From Sedimentisphaerales bacterium (GTDB lineage Bacteria; Planctomycetota; Phycisphaerae; Sedimentisphaerales; Anaerobacaceae), in NCBI GenBank assembly GCA_963708075.1, contig OY970194.1:6240001-6304000 (forward strand): a DNA stretch of 64,000 nucleotides, read 5' to 3'. Positions 9,718-20,181 of the stretch are shown piece by piece. The translations under genes and the position numbers were made by a program. Position 1 is the first letter of the stretch. Each line of letters opens with the position of its first letter. Below the pieces are notes generated by a model, which saw only the letters and a list, made by a program, of their open reading frames with translations, was not told where the DNA came from and did no database searches.

Positions 9718-12209
9718 ATGAGAAACATTTCCAAACGCAGTCCGGAAGAGCTGACCCGGGAGACGATGCGAGGCGTGGCACTGCTTCCGGGGTGGTTTCG
9801 CCGCCTGGGATATTATGGGTTGGCCCTGCTCTTCGTTGCAGCCGCGGCGACTCTGCGATGGGCGCTGCCGGACGTCCTGGGTCCGACGCCGTTTCTGGCG
9901 TTCTATCTGGCGTGGGTGGGCGCCGCCGCGTTCGGCGGGCTGGGGCCGGGACTGCTGGCGGTGGTGGCCTCATGGCTGTGCATTGACCTTCTATTCGACC
10001 CTACTGCAAGTCTGATCAATTTCGGCGACCCGACTACCCTGGGCAGGCTGGTCGTTCTCCTGGCCGGCGGACTGGCCGTCAGTGTTGTTGCGGAGAGGAT
10101 GCGGCGGGGGCGAATCCACGAGCGCAAGCAGAGTCGGGAACTCGCCCAAGCCAAGCAGGAGTGGGAGCGGACCTTTGACGCCGTTCCGGACCTCATCGCC
10201 ATTATCGACCCACAACACCGGATCCTGCGGGCCAACCGCACGATGGCCGAGCACCTGGGTGTCAACCCCGAAGGGTGCATGGGATTGACGTGCTACCAAT
10301 GTGTTCACAACCTCGATACACCACTGGCCCTCTGCCCGCACGACCAGAGCCTCGCCGACGGCCGCGAGCATAGCGTTGAGATCTATGAGGAGCGGCTCGG
10401 CGGCTACTTCCTGGTCACCTGCACCCCACTCCGCGACCGGTACGGACGTACGATCGGCACCGTCCATGTCGCCCGCGACATCACGGAGCGAAGACAAGCC
10501 GAGCAAGTCCTGCGCGATAGCGAGGAGCGGTTCCGCGCCGCCTATGAGCAGGCGGCTATCGGAATCGAAATGCAGGACCTCGAAGGGCGCCTGTTGCGCG
10601 GCAATGGCTGGCTTGGCCGGATGCTCGGCTATGACGAAGAAGAACTGCGGCAACGTACCTTCGCCGAGATCACCCACCCCGATGATCTGCGGGAGGAGCT
10701 GCCGCTGTTTCACAGGCTTCTGGCCGGAGAGATTCCCAGCTATAGTCTCGAGAAACGATATCTTCACAAAGACGGTCATCCCGTATGGGTGCGCCTCACC
10801 TCCTCACTCGCGCCACATCCAATCCCTATCGCATCTCCATCATCGAGGACATCACCGAGCGCAAGCAGGCGGAGAAGGCGATGCGGGAGGCGAACGAACG
10901 TCTCCAGGAGCAGGCGGAGGAACTACAGACCCAGGCCGAAGAACTGCAGGCGCAGGCGGAGGAGTTGATGACCGCCAATGAAGAGCTGCGCGAAGCGGAG
11001 CAGGCCTTGCGAGAGTTGAACATGACGCTGGAGAGCAAGGTCGTCCAGCGTACGGCGGAACTGGAGCATCGGGCGAGACAGCTTCAGAAACTTACGATGG
11101 AGGTGTCGCAGGCGGAGGACCGCGAGCGCAAGCGCCTTGCGGAAATCCTGCACGATGATCTGCAGCAAGTGCTGGCGGCGGCGAAGTTCCATCTGGGTCT
11201 TCTGAAGAACCGGGCCAAGTCTGATTCCTCGCTGCAGGCCACCGTCGCTCAAATCGATCATATGCTCAAAGATGCCATCGATGAATCCCGCAGCCTGTCC
11301 CACGAGCTCAGCCCGGCTGTGCTGCATCACGGCGATTTCGCCGAGATCTTCGGATGGCTGGCCGGCCAGGTGCAAACCAAGCACGGCCTGGTGGTGCACG
11401 TGGATGCGCACGGCCAGGTCGGCTCGGAATCGGATGCGCTCAAAACGTTCCTGTACAAGGCGGCCCAGGAACTGCTGTTCAACGTCGTCAAGCACGCCCG
11501 GGTCAATGAGGCCAGAATCCGGGTCCGGCGATTGGGCCGGTGGATTTGCCTGTCGGTCTCCGACCATGGGCGGGGCTTTGATCCGCAGCGGCTCAAGGAA
11601 GCGGCCGGTTTCGGCCTGCTGAGCATTCGCGAGCGTGTGGAGCTGCTCGGCGGCCGCATGAAGATCAAGAGCCGCAAAGACAAAGGAACCAGGTTCCTCA
11701 TCATGGTGCCTGATGGCGAGTTGGTTGCCGCGGTCCCGTCGTGGCGAGAGCGTCCCGCCCTTGCGCCGCAAGGCCACGACGAGGCCGGAACGACGAGGGA
11801 CGAGCGGCGGGAGAGCACCGCCCTCCAGACCCCAGGCCGCGCCCTGCGTGTCCTCCTGGCGGACGATCACGAGATTGTGCGGGAGGGTCTGATCTCCCTG
11901 CTCGGCGAAGAGTGCATGATCGAGGTCGTGGGTGAGGCGGCTAACGGCCGTGAGGCGATCAATCTCGCCAGCAAGCTTCAGCCCGATGTGATCATCATGG
12001 ATGTGTCCATGCCGTTGATCGATGGCGACGAGGCCACACGCCAGATCAAAAGGCTTCTGCCGAGTACGCGTGTAGTCGCGCTTTCCATGTTTGAGGACGC
12101 CGAGACCATCGAGAGGATGCATGCGGCCGGCGCCGAGGCCTACGTCCTCAAGACCGCGCCCACGGAAGACCTCCTCGCCGCCATCCGCGGCAAAGCGTCA
12201 GATTCATAG
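9718..12209 (+). CDS. Hybrid sensor kinase (DUF4118-PAS-PAS-HisKA_3-HATPase-REC), frameshift near 10810
   Basis: WERTFDAVPD, ITHPDD, ERKRLAEILHDDLQQ, ELLFNVVKH, DHGRGFD, GFGL, VLLADDH..MDVSMP; split over ORFs 9676-10968 and 10785-12209. Confidence 0.88.
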
Positions 12210-12317
12210 ACCCCGCGCCCTTCTGTCGCCCCAGCGTGGCATCTCCTCTTGACCTGATCTCTGCACCTCTGTAGGGTGGTTGCGGCCGATTCGATTGCCC
12301 TTATTGGAGGTCTGGAG

Positions 12318-14165
12318 ATGAACGTCCAGCGAACGCAACAGCGCGAGAGTGGGAGGAATCTCTTAGCCTGGTTCAACGGAGTGGTGACTACCGCGCTGCT
12401 GCCGTTGGCCGCCCTGCTGGGGACAGAGGCGGGAGCGGCAGATGTGCTCCAGCCGGCCTCGCCGCCGATCCGGATGGCCACGAGTCTGTGGGGGCCGTGG
12501 CAGGCAACGCTCGATCCCCAGGACATGGGCGAACGGGAGGGATACTTCAAGCCGGACTTCACGGCACAGGGCTGGAAGGATGTCAATGTCCCCGCCAGCT
12601 TCGCGAATGTCGCCCCCGAGATTGACCGCTATGAGGGTGTCGGCTGGTTCCGCAAATCGTTCCGTCTGCAAACCCCGTGGAAAGGCCGGCGCGTTGTCCT
12701 GGCGTTCAAGGGTGTCAATAATCACGCGAAAGTCTGGCTCAACGGAACCCTTGTAGGCGAAAACCCGGATGCATTCCTGCCGTTCGAAGTCCCGATCGAC
12801 GGCGTCCTGCGGTTCGACGGAGAGAACGTGCTGGCGATTCGTGTGGACAACACGCGCCGGCGCGACGAGATTCCCGGCGGACGCCAGGGCTGGCACCCTT
12901 ATGGCGGCATTCTCCGCGAGGTCGAGCTGCTGGCGACCAACCCGTTCCGCGTGGACCGCGTGGGTGTCTGCGGCGTGCCGCAGGGCGACGGCGGCCGGTT
13001 CACGCTCTGGGCGAAGGTTGTCAATGGCCGGGACAAACCCGCCGACGGCCGACTCAGAATCCACTGGCCGACGCCCGGCATCGGGATGGACCAATACGTG
13101 GATACAGGCGTGCTGGAGCCGGGGCAGGAGAAGACCCTGGAGGCCTCCGGGACGATTCCACGAATCCAGGTGTGGTCGCCCGAGCAGCCCAAATGCTATG
13201 GCATCGAGGTAGACCTCATGTCGGGCGAGCAGACGATTGATTCGCAGGGCGCCCTGTTTGGCTTTCGAGAAATTGAGGCCCGCGGCGAGATGCTGTACCT
13301 CAACGGCAAGCCGATCTTTCTGACCGGCTTCAATCGCCACGAGGACTCGCCCAGGACGGATATGTGTCCCGATCCCGAGCTGACACGGAAAGAGCTGATG
13401 CAGATGAAGGAGATGGGCTGCAACTTCATCCGCCTTTGTCACTATCCCCAGCATCCATGGACGCTCCACCTGTGCGATGAGATCGGGTTGCTGGCGATGT
13501 GCGAGATTCCGCTCTACATGTGGCCGGGCTTGCAGGAGGGGCTGGAGAACTACCGCGGCACCGTGGAGTCCGCCAGGCGGCAACTTGCGAAGATGGTCGA
13601 GTGCTACTACAACCACCCGTCGGTCATCTTCTGGTCGGTCAGCAACGAGATCCACACACAGCACCCGGAGGTACGCGGCACGAACGTCATGCTCATCCAG
13701 CAGGCCAAGCGGCTCGACCCGACGCGCCTGGCGGTGCACGTCTCCGACCACTGGCAGCAGGGGGACCCCCGCGCCGACAGCTTCGGCGAGGACGACGTCA
13801 TCTGTCTCAACGGTTACCCCCACCTCAAAGAAGGACCCGCCTGGTGGACCCGGCGATTGGAGGAACTGCATCGGGAGTATCCGGGCAAGCCGATCCTCAT
13901 TAGTGAGTTCGGAGGCGAAGCGGACCGTGAGATGGAACTGCAGATCGGCCGGCTCAAGGCAGGCTTCGAGGGGACCACCGCACCGTACGTCTGCGGGACC
14001 ACAATCTGGTGCTGGGCCGACCACCCGTGGGACAAGACCTGGCTCGAGCCGCCCCTGAGCCCCTATGGCGTATTCTCCCGCGACCGCCAGCCCCGCGCCT
14101 CCGTGGAAGTCGCCAAACAAGGCTTCCTCGACCGCCAGCGTCAATTCCAGTCACGGGTCAAGTGA
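12318..14165 (+). CDS. Glycoside hydrolase family 2 (beta-glucuronidase/beta-galactosidase-like)
   Basis: YGGILREV, GFNRHED, NFIRLCHYP, NHPSVIFWSVSNE, KPILISEFG. Confidence 0.92.
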   Translation: MNVQRTQQRESGRNLLAWFNGVVTTALLPLAALLGTEAGAADVLQPASPPIRMATSLWGPWQATLDPQDMGEREGYFKPDFTAQGWKDVNVPASFANVAPEIDRYEGVGWFRKSFRLQTPWKGRRVVLAFKGVNNHAKVWLNGTLVGENPDAFLPFEVPIDGVLRFDGENVLAIRVDNTRRRDEIPGGRQGWHPYGGILREVELLATNPFRVDRVGVCGVPQGDGGRFTLWAKVVNGRDKPADGRLRIHWPTPGIGMDQYVDTGVLEPGQEKTLEASGTIPRIQVWSPEQPKCYGIEVDLMSGEQTIDSQGALFGFREIEARGEMLYLNGKPIFLTGFNRHEDSPRTDMCPDPELTRKELMQMKEMGCNFIRLCHYPQHPWTLHLCDEIGLLAMCEIPLYMWPGLQEGLENYRGTVESARRQLAKMVECYYNHPSVIFWSVSNEIHTQHPEVRGTNVMLIQQAKRLDPTRLAVHVSDHWQQGDPRADSFGEDDVICLNGYPHLKEGPAWWTRRLEELHREYPGKPILISEFGGEADREMELQIGRLKAGFEGTTAPYVCGTTIWCWADHPWDKTWLEPPLSPYGVFSRDRQPRASVEVAKQGFLDRQRQFQSRVK

Positions 14166-14582
14166 CGTTGATGAGTTTCTCAAACGGCCCGGTGTTGTCC
14201 AGAGGTTCAGTGCACGGGGCGGTGAACCCGGAGTCCGCACTGCCGAGGATTCGCCACTGGTGGTACCGGCGAAGTTGCTGGCCGCGCTTCTGGACCCGCT
14301 GAAGAGTCCTGAAAAGCCGGCATTGGTGGCTTCGACAGTCGGTTCTGCGCCACCGGCTCCGGCTGTCCGGCCTGCGGCTCCTTCGGTGCGGCTCAGGCTG
14401 TGCGTGACGAGTTGACGATCAACCGGCGAAAGCTCAATATCTTCCACCAGCCTGGGGCGACATGGTACACGAGCGTCTATCTCCGGTGGGCCTGTTCGCG
14501 GCTATCATCGTCGCGTTGATTCTTGTATTTTCAGGGTGGGTCTGGTAGGGTTGAAAGGGTTTACTGTCACAGGAGATCAGTT

Positions 14583-15833
14583 ATGACTATCTCGAATTCT
14601 GCGGGTTCCAAACGGAGCATTCCGTCCGGCGGCTGGTCGCGGCGGGAGTTCCTTAAGTGTGGGGCGGCGATGGCGGGGGCTGCGATGCCGCTGTATTCGA
14701 CTCTGGCCGCCAATACCGCGCCGAAGAAGGTGCGGATCGGCGTCGTCGGCGGCGGGTTCGGCACGAGCTTCCAGTGGCATGAGCATCCGGACTGTACCGT
14801 CGAGGCGGTCAGCGATCTGCGGCCGGAACGTCGCAGCGGACTGATGCGCACCTACAAATGCGAGAAGTCGTACAACTCGCTGGAAGAGCTGGTGCTGGAC
14901 AAGAATATCGATGCGGTGGCGATCTTCACGGAAGGGCCGAACCACGTTACGCACGTGGTCGAGGTGATGAAACACGGCAAGCACGCCATCTCCGCCGTGC
15001 CCGCCTGCCTGGGCGGCGGCGTCGAGGAGGCGCAACTGCTGCTCGACACCGTCAAAAAGTACGGCCTGACCTACATGATGGCCGAGACCAGCTACTACCA
15101 GCAGCCGACGATCTCCGTCCGCAAGTTCCACGAGCAGGGCAAGTTCGGCGAGATCTACTATTGCGAGGCGGAGTACCAGCACCCCGGGTTGGAGTCGCTC
15201 TACTTTGAGAACGGCAAGCGGACCTGGCGTTACGGCCTGGCCCCCATGCATTATCCGACGCATTGCACCGCTTTCCTCGTCGGCATCACCGGCGAGCGGC
15301 TGACCGGCGTGGCCTGTTGCGGGTGGGGCGACGACAGCCCCATCTGCAAGGACAACGTGTACAAGAACCCGTTCTGGAACGAGTCGGCGATGTTCAAGAC
15401 CAATCGCGGCCATGCGTTCCGCGTCAACGTGTGGTGGAAGGGGGCGCATCGCGGGACCGAGCGGGCCCAGTGGATCGGCAACAAGATGAGCTTCTATGCC
15501 GACCACCCGAACGGCCTGGGGCCCGTGATTGTTCGCTCCGCCGAGGGACGCAAGGAGAAGGACGATGCGGGCTTCGTGCGCGATCTGCCTGAGTTGGAGA
15601 AATACCAGCAGCCGGCGTGGTGGAAGACCGATATGTTGCCCGAGCCCCTGCGGCACGACACCGGGCATTACGGCTCACACTCGTTCCTGACTCATGAGTT
15701 CATCAGCGCCCTGACGCAGGGCCGCCGGCCGACCGTCGATGTCTACGAGGCCTTGGCGTACACCGTGCCGGGGATCATCGCCCACGAGTCCTGCGCTTCG
15801 CGACTGCGAGCCCATGATGGTGCCGCAATTTGA
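14583..15833 (+). CDS. Tat-exported Gfo/Idh/MocA oxidoreductase (last codons probably affected by indels)
   Basis: SRREFL, IGVVGGGFG, YMMAETS, PMHYPTH, GHYGSH. Confidence 0.9.
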   Translation: MTISNSAGSKRSIPSGGWSRREFLKCGAAMAGAAMPLYSTLAANTAPKKVRIGVVGGGFGTSFQWHEHPDCTVEAVSDLRPERRSGLMRTYKCEKSYNSLEELVLDKNIDAVAIFTEGPNHVTHVVEVMKHGKHAISAVPACLGGGVEEAQLLLDTVKKYGLTYMMAETSYYQQPTISVRKFHEQGKFGEIYYCEAEYQHPGLESLYFENGKRTWRYGLAPMHYPTHCTAFLVGITGERLTGVACCGWGDDSPICKDNVYKNPFWNESAMFKTNRGHAFRVNVWWKGAHRGTERAQWIGNKMSFYADHPNGLGPVIVRSAEGRKEKDDAGFVRDLPELEKYQQPAWWKTDMLPEPLRHDTGHYGSHSFLTHEFISALTQGRRPTVDVYEALAYTVPGIIAHESCASRLRAHDGAAI

Positions 15834-15871
15834 CAGGCCACAGGCCTGAGTGTCTGCACAGGAGTTCAGGT

Positions 15872-16900
15872 ATGATGATAAAGCATTTCGTTTTTGTGCT
15901 TGGCCTGCTCGCCGCTTCCGTCACGTGGGGTGCGCAGGATGAGAAAGTGGCCCAGCTCGCAAAGGAGGTGGGTAACAAGGGGTGGATCGTCTATGCGGCC
16001 CGCGATGCCAACAGCCCGTGGGACCTGTTCCTCATGCGGCCGGACGGCTCGCAGCGGCGAAACATCACGAACACGCCGGACTTCGAGGAGGGCGGCCCGC
16101 TATTCTCGCATGATGGCAAGAAGCTGCTTTACCGCCGCTTCGCCAAGGGCACCGAGATCAACCACGACCTCTGGGGCTTCCAGGGCAACTTGATGATCGC
16201 CGGCAGTGACGGCTCGAATGCCGTCCAGATTGGCGGAGATAGGGAATATCCCTGGGCGTCATGGTCGCCGGATGGCAGGCAGGTCGCGTGCCTGACCATC
16301 GCGGGGATACAGATCGTCGATCTGGAGACGAAGAAGATTATCCGGGAGCTGCCGCGAAGAGGCATCTATCAGCAGCTTTACTGGTCGCCGGACGGCAAGT
16401 GGTTCTGCGGCGTGGCCAACACCAGCATGATGTGGACGATTGTCCGCATGAATGCGGAGACGGGCGAGATGAATATCGTGCACGAGTTCCAAAGCTGTAC
16501 GCCCGACTGGTTCCCGGATTCCAATCGCGTCATTTACCCGTCCCGGCCGGCCGGCCAGCCGGGCAATAACGGCTGGGGCTTCACGCAGCTCTGGTACAGC
16601 GACGGCGAGGGCAAAGAAGCCAGGATGATCTACGGCGAAGACGATTATCACATCTATGGTGGCGCGCTGTCCCCGGACGGCAAGTATGTGCTCTTCACCC
16701 GCTGCCCCCAGGATGGCGGCGGCTCGGAGAAATCGGGAGCGCCAATCTGCATTCTGCGGATGGACGACGCCCCGGCGGTGGCCGGGCCGAGCGTGGAGCT
16801 GCGAAAGGTGCATCCGGAGGCGAAGGAGGCCCCGGTGCTGCAACTCGTCGATGGTTGGGAACCCTGCTGGACTTATGCTGAGGTTGGAGTGCAGAAATGA
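15872..16900 (+). CDS. TolB-like (PD40/WD40) beta-propeller secreted protein
   Basis: Signal peptide; repeated WSPDG/FSHDG/LSPDG motifs. Confidence 0.85.
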   Translation: MMIKHFVFVLGLLAASVTWGAQDEKVAQLAKEVGNKGWIVYAARDANSPWDLFLMRPDGSQRRNITNTPDFEEGGPLFSHDGKKLLYRRFAKGTEINHDLWGFQGNLMIAGSDGSNAVQIGGDREYPWASWSPDGRQVACLTIAGIQIVDLETKKIIRELPRRGIYQQLYWSPDGKWFCGVANTSMMWTIVRMNAETGEMNIVHEFQSCTPDWFPDSNRVIYPSRPAGQPGNNGWGFTQLWYSDGEGKEARMIYGEDDYHIYGGALSPDGKYVLFTRCPQDGGGSEKSGAPICILRMDDAPAVAGPSVELRKVHPEAKEAPVLQLVDGWEPCWTYAEVGVQK

Positions 16901-17355
16901 GAATACTGGCCTTATTTGTCTTTCTACCTGTGTTGTTCAGTGTCTCCTGTGCGAAGAAGGTGGAGACAGGCGAAGACCCGAAGGTCACGACGCTCGGCAG
17001 TATCGAAGTGACGGCCCGACTGGAAGAGATTCGAGGCGAGCTGCGCAACGACCCCCTGTACGACTACGCCCACGTGATGAAGTACACGCTACTTGAGGTG
17101 CACCGCGGCGAGGTCAACAAGGAGACCATGTATATCGGCCACTACAACCCCGCCAAGCCGCGGGACAAGGTCGCCGACGCCCGCGTCCAGGAGATCGGCG
17201 GCAACGTGAAGCAGTTCCGCGTCGGCGACATCCATCGCATGGCTCTGGAGGTCCCGATCGACGACCATTTCATGGGCGGGATCATCAACAAGTATTTTGG
17301 CGAGGTCAATGAGCCGGTCTACTGGGCTATCTGGACCAATCGGGTCGTGAAGTAG
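16897..17355 (+). CDS. Hypothetical lipoprotein
   Basis: ATGA overlap with upstream gene; lipobox-like FSVSC. Confidence 0.75.
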   Translation: MRILALFVFLPVLFSVSCAKKVETGEDPKVTTLGSIEVTARLEEIRGELRNDPLYDYAHVMKYTLLEVHRGEVNKETMYIGHYNPAKPRDKVADARVQEIGGNVKQFRVGDIHRMALEVPIDDHFMGGIINKYFGEVNEPVYWAIWTNRVVK

Positions 17356-17358
17356 CCC

Positions 17359-18858
17359 ATGGCGTTCACCTCGCACATATTCCTCTTCTACTTTCTGCCG
17401 GTCCTGCTGGTGCTCTATTACGTTCTGCCGGGGCGGTTTCCCCTCGTCCGCAACGTCCTTTTGCTGGCGGCAAGCTACGTGTTCTACGCGTGGCTGGACC
17501 CGCGATTCGCCGCGCTGCTTTTCGCCATGACGGTGATCAACTACGCGCTGTCTCGCTGGATTGGAGTTTGTAGGGTGGGTTCTCAACCCACGCGTTATCT
17601 TTCGATGGGTCTTTACGCGTGGGTCAAGGACCCACCCTACATGCTGCGGCTGCTTCTGACCGTCCTGGCTGTGGCCATTGACCTGGCCGTGCTGGGGTTC
17701 TTCAAGTACACCATCTTTGTCGAGAACAATCTCAACAGCCTGTTGCTGCTCGTCGGCCGTGACGTGCTGCCCGTGCTGAAAGTGGTTCTGCCGGTCGGGA
17801 TCTCGTTCTACACATTCAAGCTCATCAGCTACATCGTGGATGTGTATCGGGGCCAGTCACCGCCGGCCCGGTCCCTGCTGGATTTCGCCTGCTATGTCGC
17901 GTTCTTTCCGCAGCTTCTCTCGGGCCCGATTCAGCGGTACGGCACGATCGATCGCAAGTCCGAGCCCGTGCCTACTTTCGCGGATCAGCTTGCTGCCCGC
18001 GCGCACACGCTGGACAAATTCTCCTGGGGCGTGGCCTTGTTCATGCTGGGCTTCGCCAAGAAGATCCTTCTGGCGAATGCCGTGGCGCAGGTGGCGGACG
18101 CCGTCTTTGCCGCCGAATCGCCGGGCACACTCGATGCCTGGTTCGGCGCGCTGGCGTACTCGTTCCAGTTGTACTTCGATTTCTCCGCTTATTCAGAGAT
18201 GGCCATCGGGCTTGGGCTGATGCTGGGATTCGAGTGTCCTCGCAATTTCGACGCCCCATACCGGGCCGCCGGCTTCGGCGATTTCTGGCGGCGGTGGCAC
18301 ATCTCCCTGTCGAGCTGGCTGCGCGATTACCTCTACATCCCGCTGGGCGGCAGTCATTATGGTTCGGGGTGGACCTACGCCAATCTGATGATCGTGTTTC
18401 TACTGTGCGGCTTGTGGCATGGGGCCGGTTGGACGTTCATCGTCTGGGGCGCGTGGCACGGCCTGTGGCTGGTCGTCGAGCGAGCCCTCGGCAGAAGACC
18501 GCTCTACGTCGCTTTCCCCTCGTGGATCCAGGTGCTGCTGACCTTCCTTCTGGTCACCATCGGCTGGGTCGTCTTCCGCGCGGAGACCCTTGCACAAGCT
18601 TGGAGAATGCTCGCGACGATGTTCACGCTTGCCTCGCCGCAGGGCGGCTCGACGCTGCTCAGCGCCGTGATCTACACCCGCGGCCACCTGATCCTCATGG
18701 CCCTGTGTGCCGTGCTCGTATTCCAGGGCGTACAGGGCTTCGACTGGACACGGAAACTGAGTTGGCCGAGAGCCCTTTTGCTGATCGTTCTGTTTGCCTT
18801 GGCATTGATGACCATGTTCGCGCAGTCGTTCCGATCGTTCCTGTACTTTCAGTTTTAG
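17359..18858 (+). CDS. MBOAT family O-acyltransferase (AlgI/DltB-like)
   Basis: LPVGISFYTF, FFPQLLSGPI, QLYFDFSAYS, FWRRWHISLSSWLRDYLYIPLGG, GLWHGA, FLYFQF. Confidence 0.95.
   Translation: MAFTSHIFLFYFLPVLLVLYYVLPGRFPLVRNVLLLAASYVFYAWLDPRFAALLFAMTVINYALSRWIGVCRVGSQPTRYLSMGLYAWVKDPPYMLRLLLTVLAVAIDLAVLGFFKYTIFVENNLNSLLLLVGRDVLPVLKVVLPVGISFYTFKLISYIVDVYRGQSPPARSLLDFACYVAFFPQLLSGPIQRYGTIDRKSEPVPTFADQLAARAHTLDKFSWGVALFMLGFAKKILLANAVAQVADAVFAAESPGTLDAWFGALAYSFQLYFDFSAYSEMAIGLGLMLGFECPRNFDAPYRAAGFGDFWRRWHISLSSWLRDYLYIPLGGSHYGSGWTYANLMIVFLLCGLWHGAGWTFIVWGAWHGLWLVVERALGRRPLYVAFPSWIQVLLTFLLVTIGWVVFRAETLAQAWRMLATMFTLASPQGGSTLLSAVIYTRGHLILMALCAVLVFQGVQGFDWTRKLSWPRALLLIVLFALALMTMFAQSFRSFLYFQF
17570..17640. 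repeat. GTAGGGTGGG..CCCACCCTAC REP-like doublet inserted in frame in the MBOAT gene
   Basis: Arms match intergenic copies at 30556-30629 and 41749-41823. Confidence 0.92.
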
Positions 18859-18869
18859 GAGACACGCCG

Positions 18870-19988
18870 GTGCCGGCGAGCCGCAGACTGCATATGAGTT
18901 TCACCGCTGCCTTCCTGCTCCTGATCGGCATTGTAGCGCCGAGCCAGATCCTCTGGGAACTGCGCGACGGAGAGCAGCCGCAGATCGCGGACCTTTTCCG
19001 TCAGACGCCGACCCGGGCGAGTCTCCGCCAGCTTGAAAGCGGGCTGGAGAGCAACTGCCGGCTGGCCCGGATGATTCGTCCGTGGATGCAGTATGCTCGC
19101 TTTGTCCTCCTGGAGGATGCGGGAGACAAGGCTGTGATTGGACGCGGTGCTTGGCTCTTCTACAGGCCCGCTGTGCAGTACCTCACCGAGCCCTGGTCAT
19201 CTTCGGATGATATCTTTGCCGCGATCCTTTCGTTTCGAGACGATCTGGCCAAGCGCGGCATCGAGCTGCTCGTGATGCCTGCGCCGAACAAAGCCAGTAT
19301 CTATCCGGAGATGCTCGCCGCCAGAGCGGCCGGTGTGTCCGAGCCGGTGAATGCGAAGACCAAAGATGTCCTGGCGAGGCTGAAGGAGTCCGGCATTGAG
19401 ATCGTTGATCTGTTCGAGGTCTATGGGAAAGCACGACAGACGGTCGGGAGTCCTGACTATTATCTTGCGCAGGATAGCCACTGGTCGCCGGAGGGAATGC
19501 GGCTGGCGGCCGACGCCGTCGTGCGCAGGCTGCTTGATTCAGGCTGGGTGGAGAAAGGACCGGTCAAGTACGAAACCAGGCCTGTGACTGTCGAGCAATA
19601 CGGCGACGTGCTCCGGATGATGCGCGTGCCGCAGGTCGAGAAGCTCTATGAGCCCGAGCAACTGAGTTGCACGCAAGTGGTCGATCCGGCGACCGGACAG
19701 CCGTACAGGGACGACTCGAACTCCCCGGTGCTCGTCCTTGGGGACAGTTTCCTGCGGATTTTCGAGCGGGACGAGCCCGGCAGCGGCGGCTTCATTGCCC
19801 ACCTGGCCCACAATCTCGGCTTCGGCGTGACCTCCGTCGTCAATGACGGCGGCGCCTCGACCCTCGTCCGCCAGCAGTTGGCGAGCCGGCCCGCTCTGCT
19901 CAAGGGCAAGAAAGTCGTCGTCTGGGAATTCGTCGAGAGGGACATCCGTTTCGGCACCGAAGGCTGGCAGGTCATCCGAGTGCCGTGA
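18870..19988 (+). CDS. AlgX/AlgJ SGNH-like O-acetyltransferase
   Basis: AGGAG then GTG; G..WLFYRP, PAPNKASIYPE, DSHWSPEG, LGDSF, WEFVER. Confidence 0.9.
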   Translation: MPASRRLHMSFTAAFLLLIGIVAPSQILWELRDGEQPQIADLFRQTPTRASLRQLESGLESNCRLARMIRPWMQYARFVLLEDAGDKAVIGRGAWLFYRPAVQYLTEPWSSSDDIFAAILSFRDDLAKRGIELLVMPAPNKASIYPEMLAARAAGVSEPVNAKTKDVLARLKESGIEIVDLFEVYGKARQTVGSPDYYLAQDSHWSPEGMRLAADAVVRRLLDSGWVEKGPVKYETRPVTVEQYGDVLRMMRVPQVEKLYEPEQLSCTQVVDPATGQPYRDDSNSPVLVLGDSFLRIFERDEPGSGGFIAHLAHNLGFGVTSVVNDGGASTLVRQQLASRPALLKGKKVVVWEFVERDIRFGTEGWQVIRVP

Positions 19989-20001
19989 GAACCGCACGGG
20001 A

Positions 20002-20170
20002 CCACCCCTGTCAAGGTGACAAACTTGGGTGGCAGCGGCAAGCGGAGTCTTCGGAGCTTGCCGATGGCATTGATGCAGATCCCACGAGCCATCGGCAAGC
20101 TGCGCTTGCCGCTGCCACCCATCATAAGTCTTGAATGCATAATAGCTTACACCCACCTTGACAGCGGTGG
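20002..20170. mobile_element. MITE with 17-bp terminal inverted repeats and a nested palindrome (20027-20120)
   Basis: CCACCCCTGTCAAGGTG / CACCTTGACAGCGGTGG; flanks CCGCACGGGA / ACGCATGGGA resemble a degenerate 10-bp TSD. Confidence 0.7.
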
Positions 20171-20181
20171 ACGCATGGGAC

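Noticed and set aside
10800..10830. Programmed frameshift in the sensor kinase
   Set aside because: There is no slippery sequence, and the many other indels point to sequence error.
14151..14460. Short ORFs between the GH2 and oxidoreductase genes
   Set aside because: No convincing RBS or recognisable motif in any frame.
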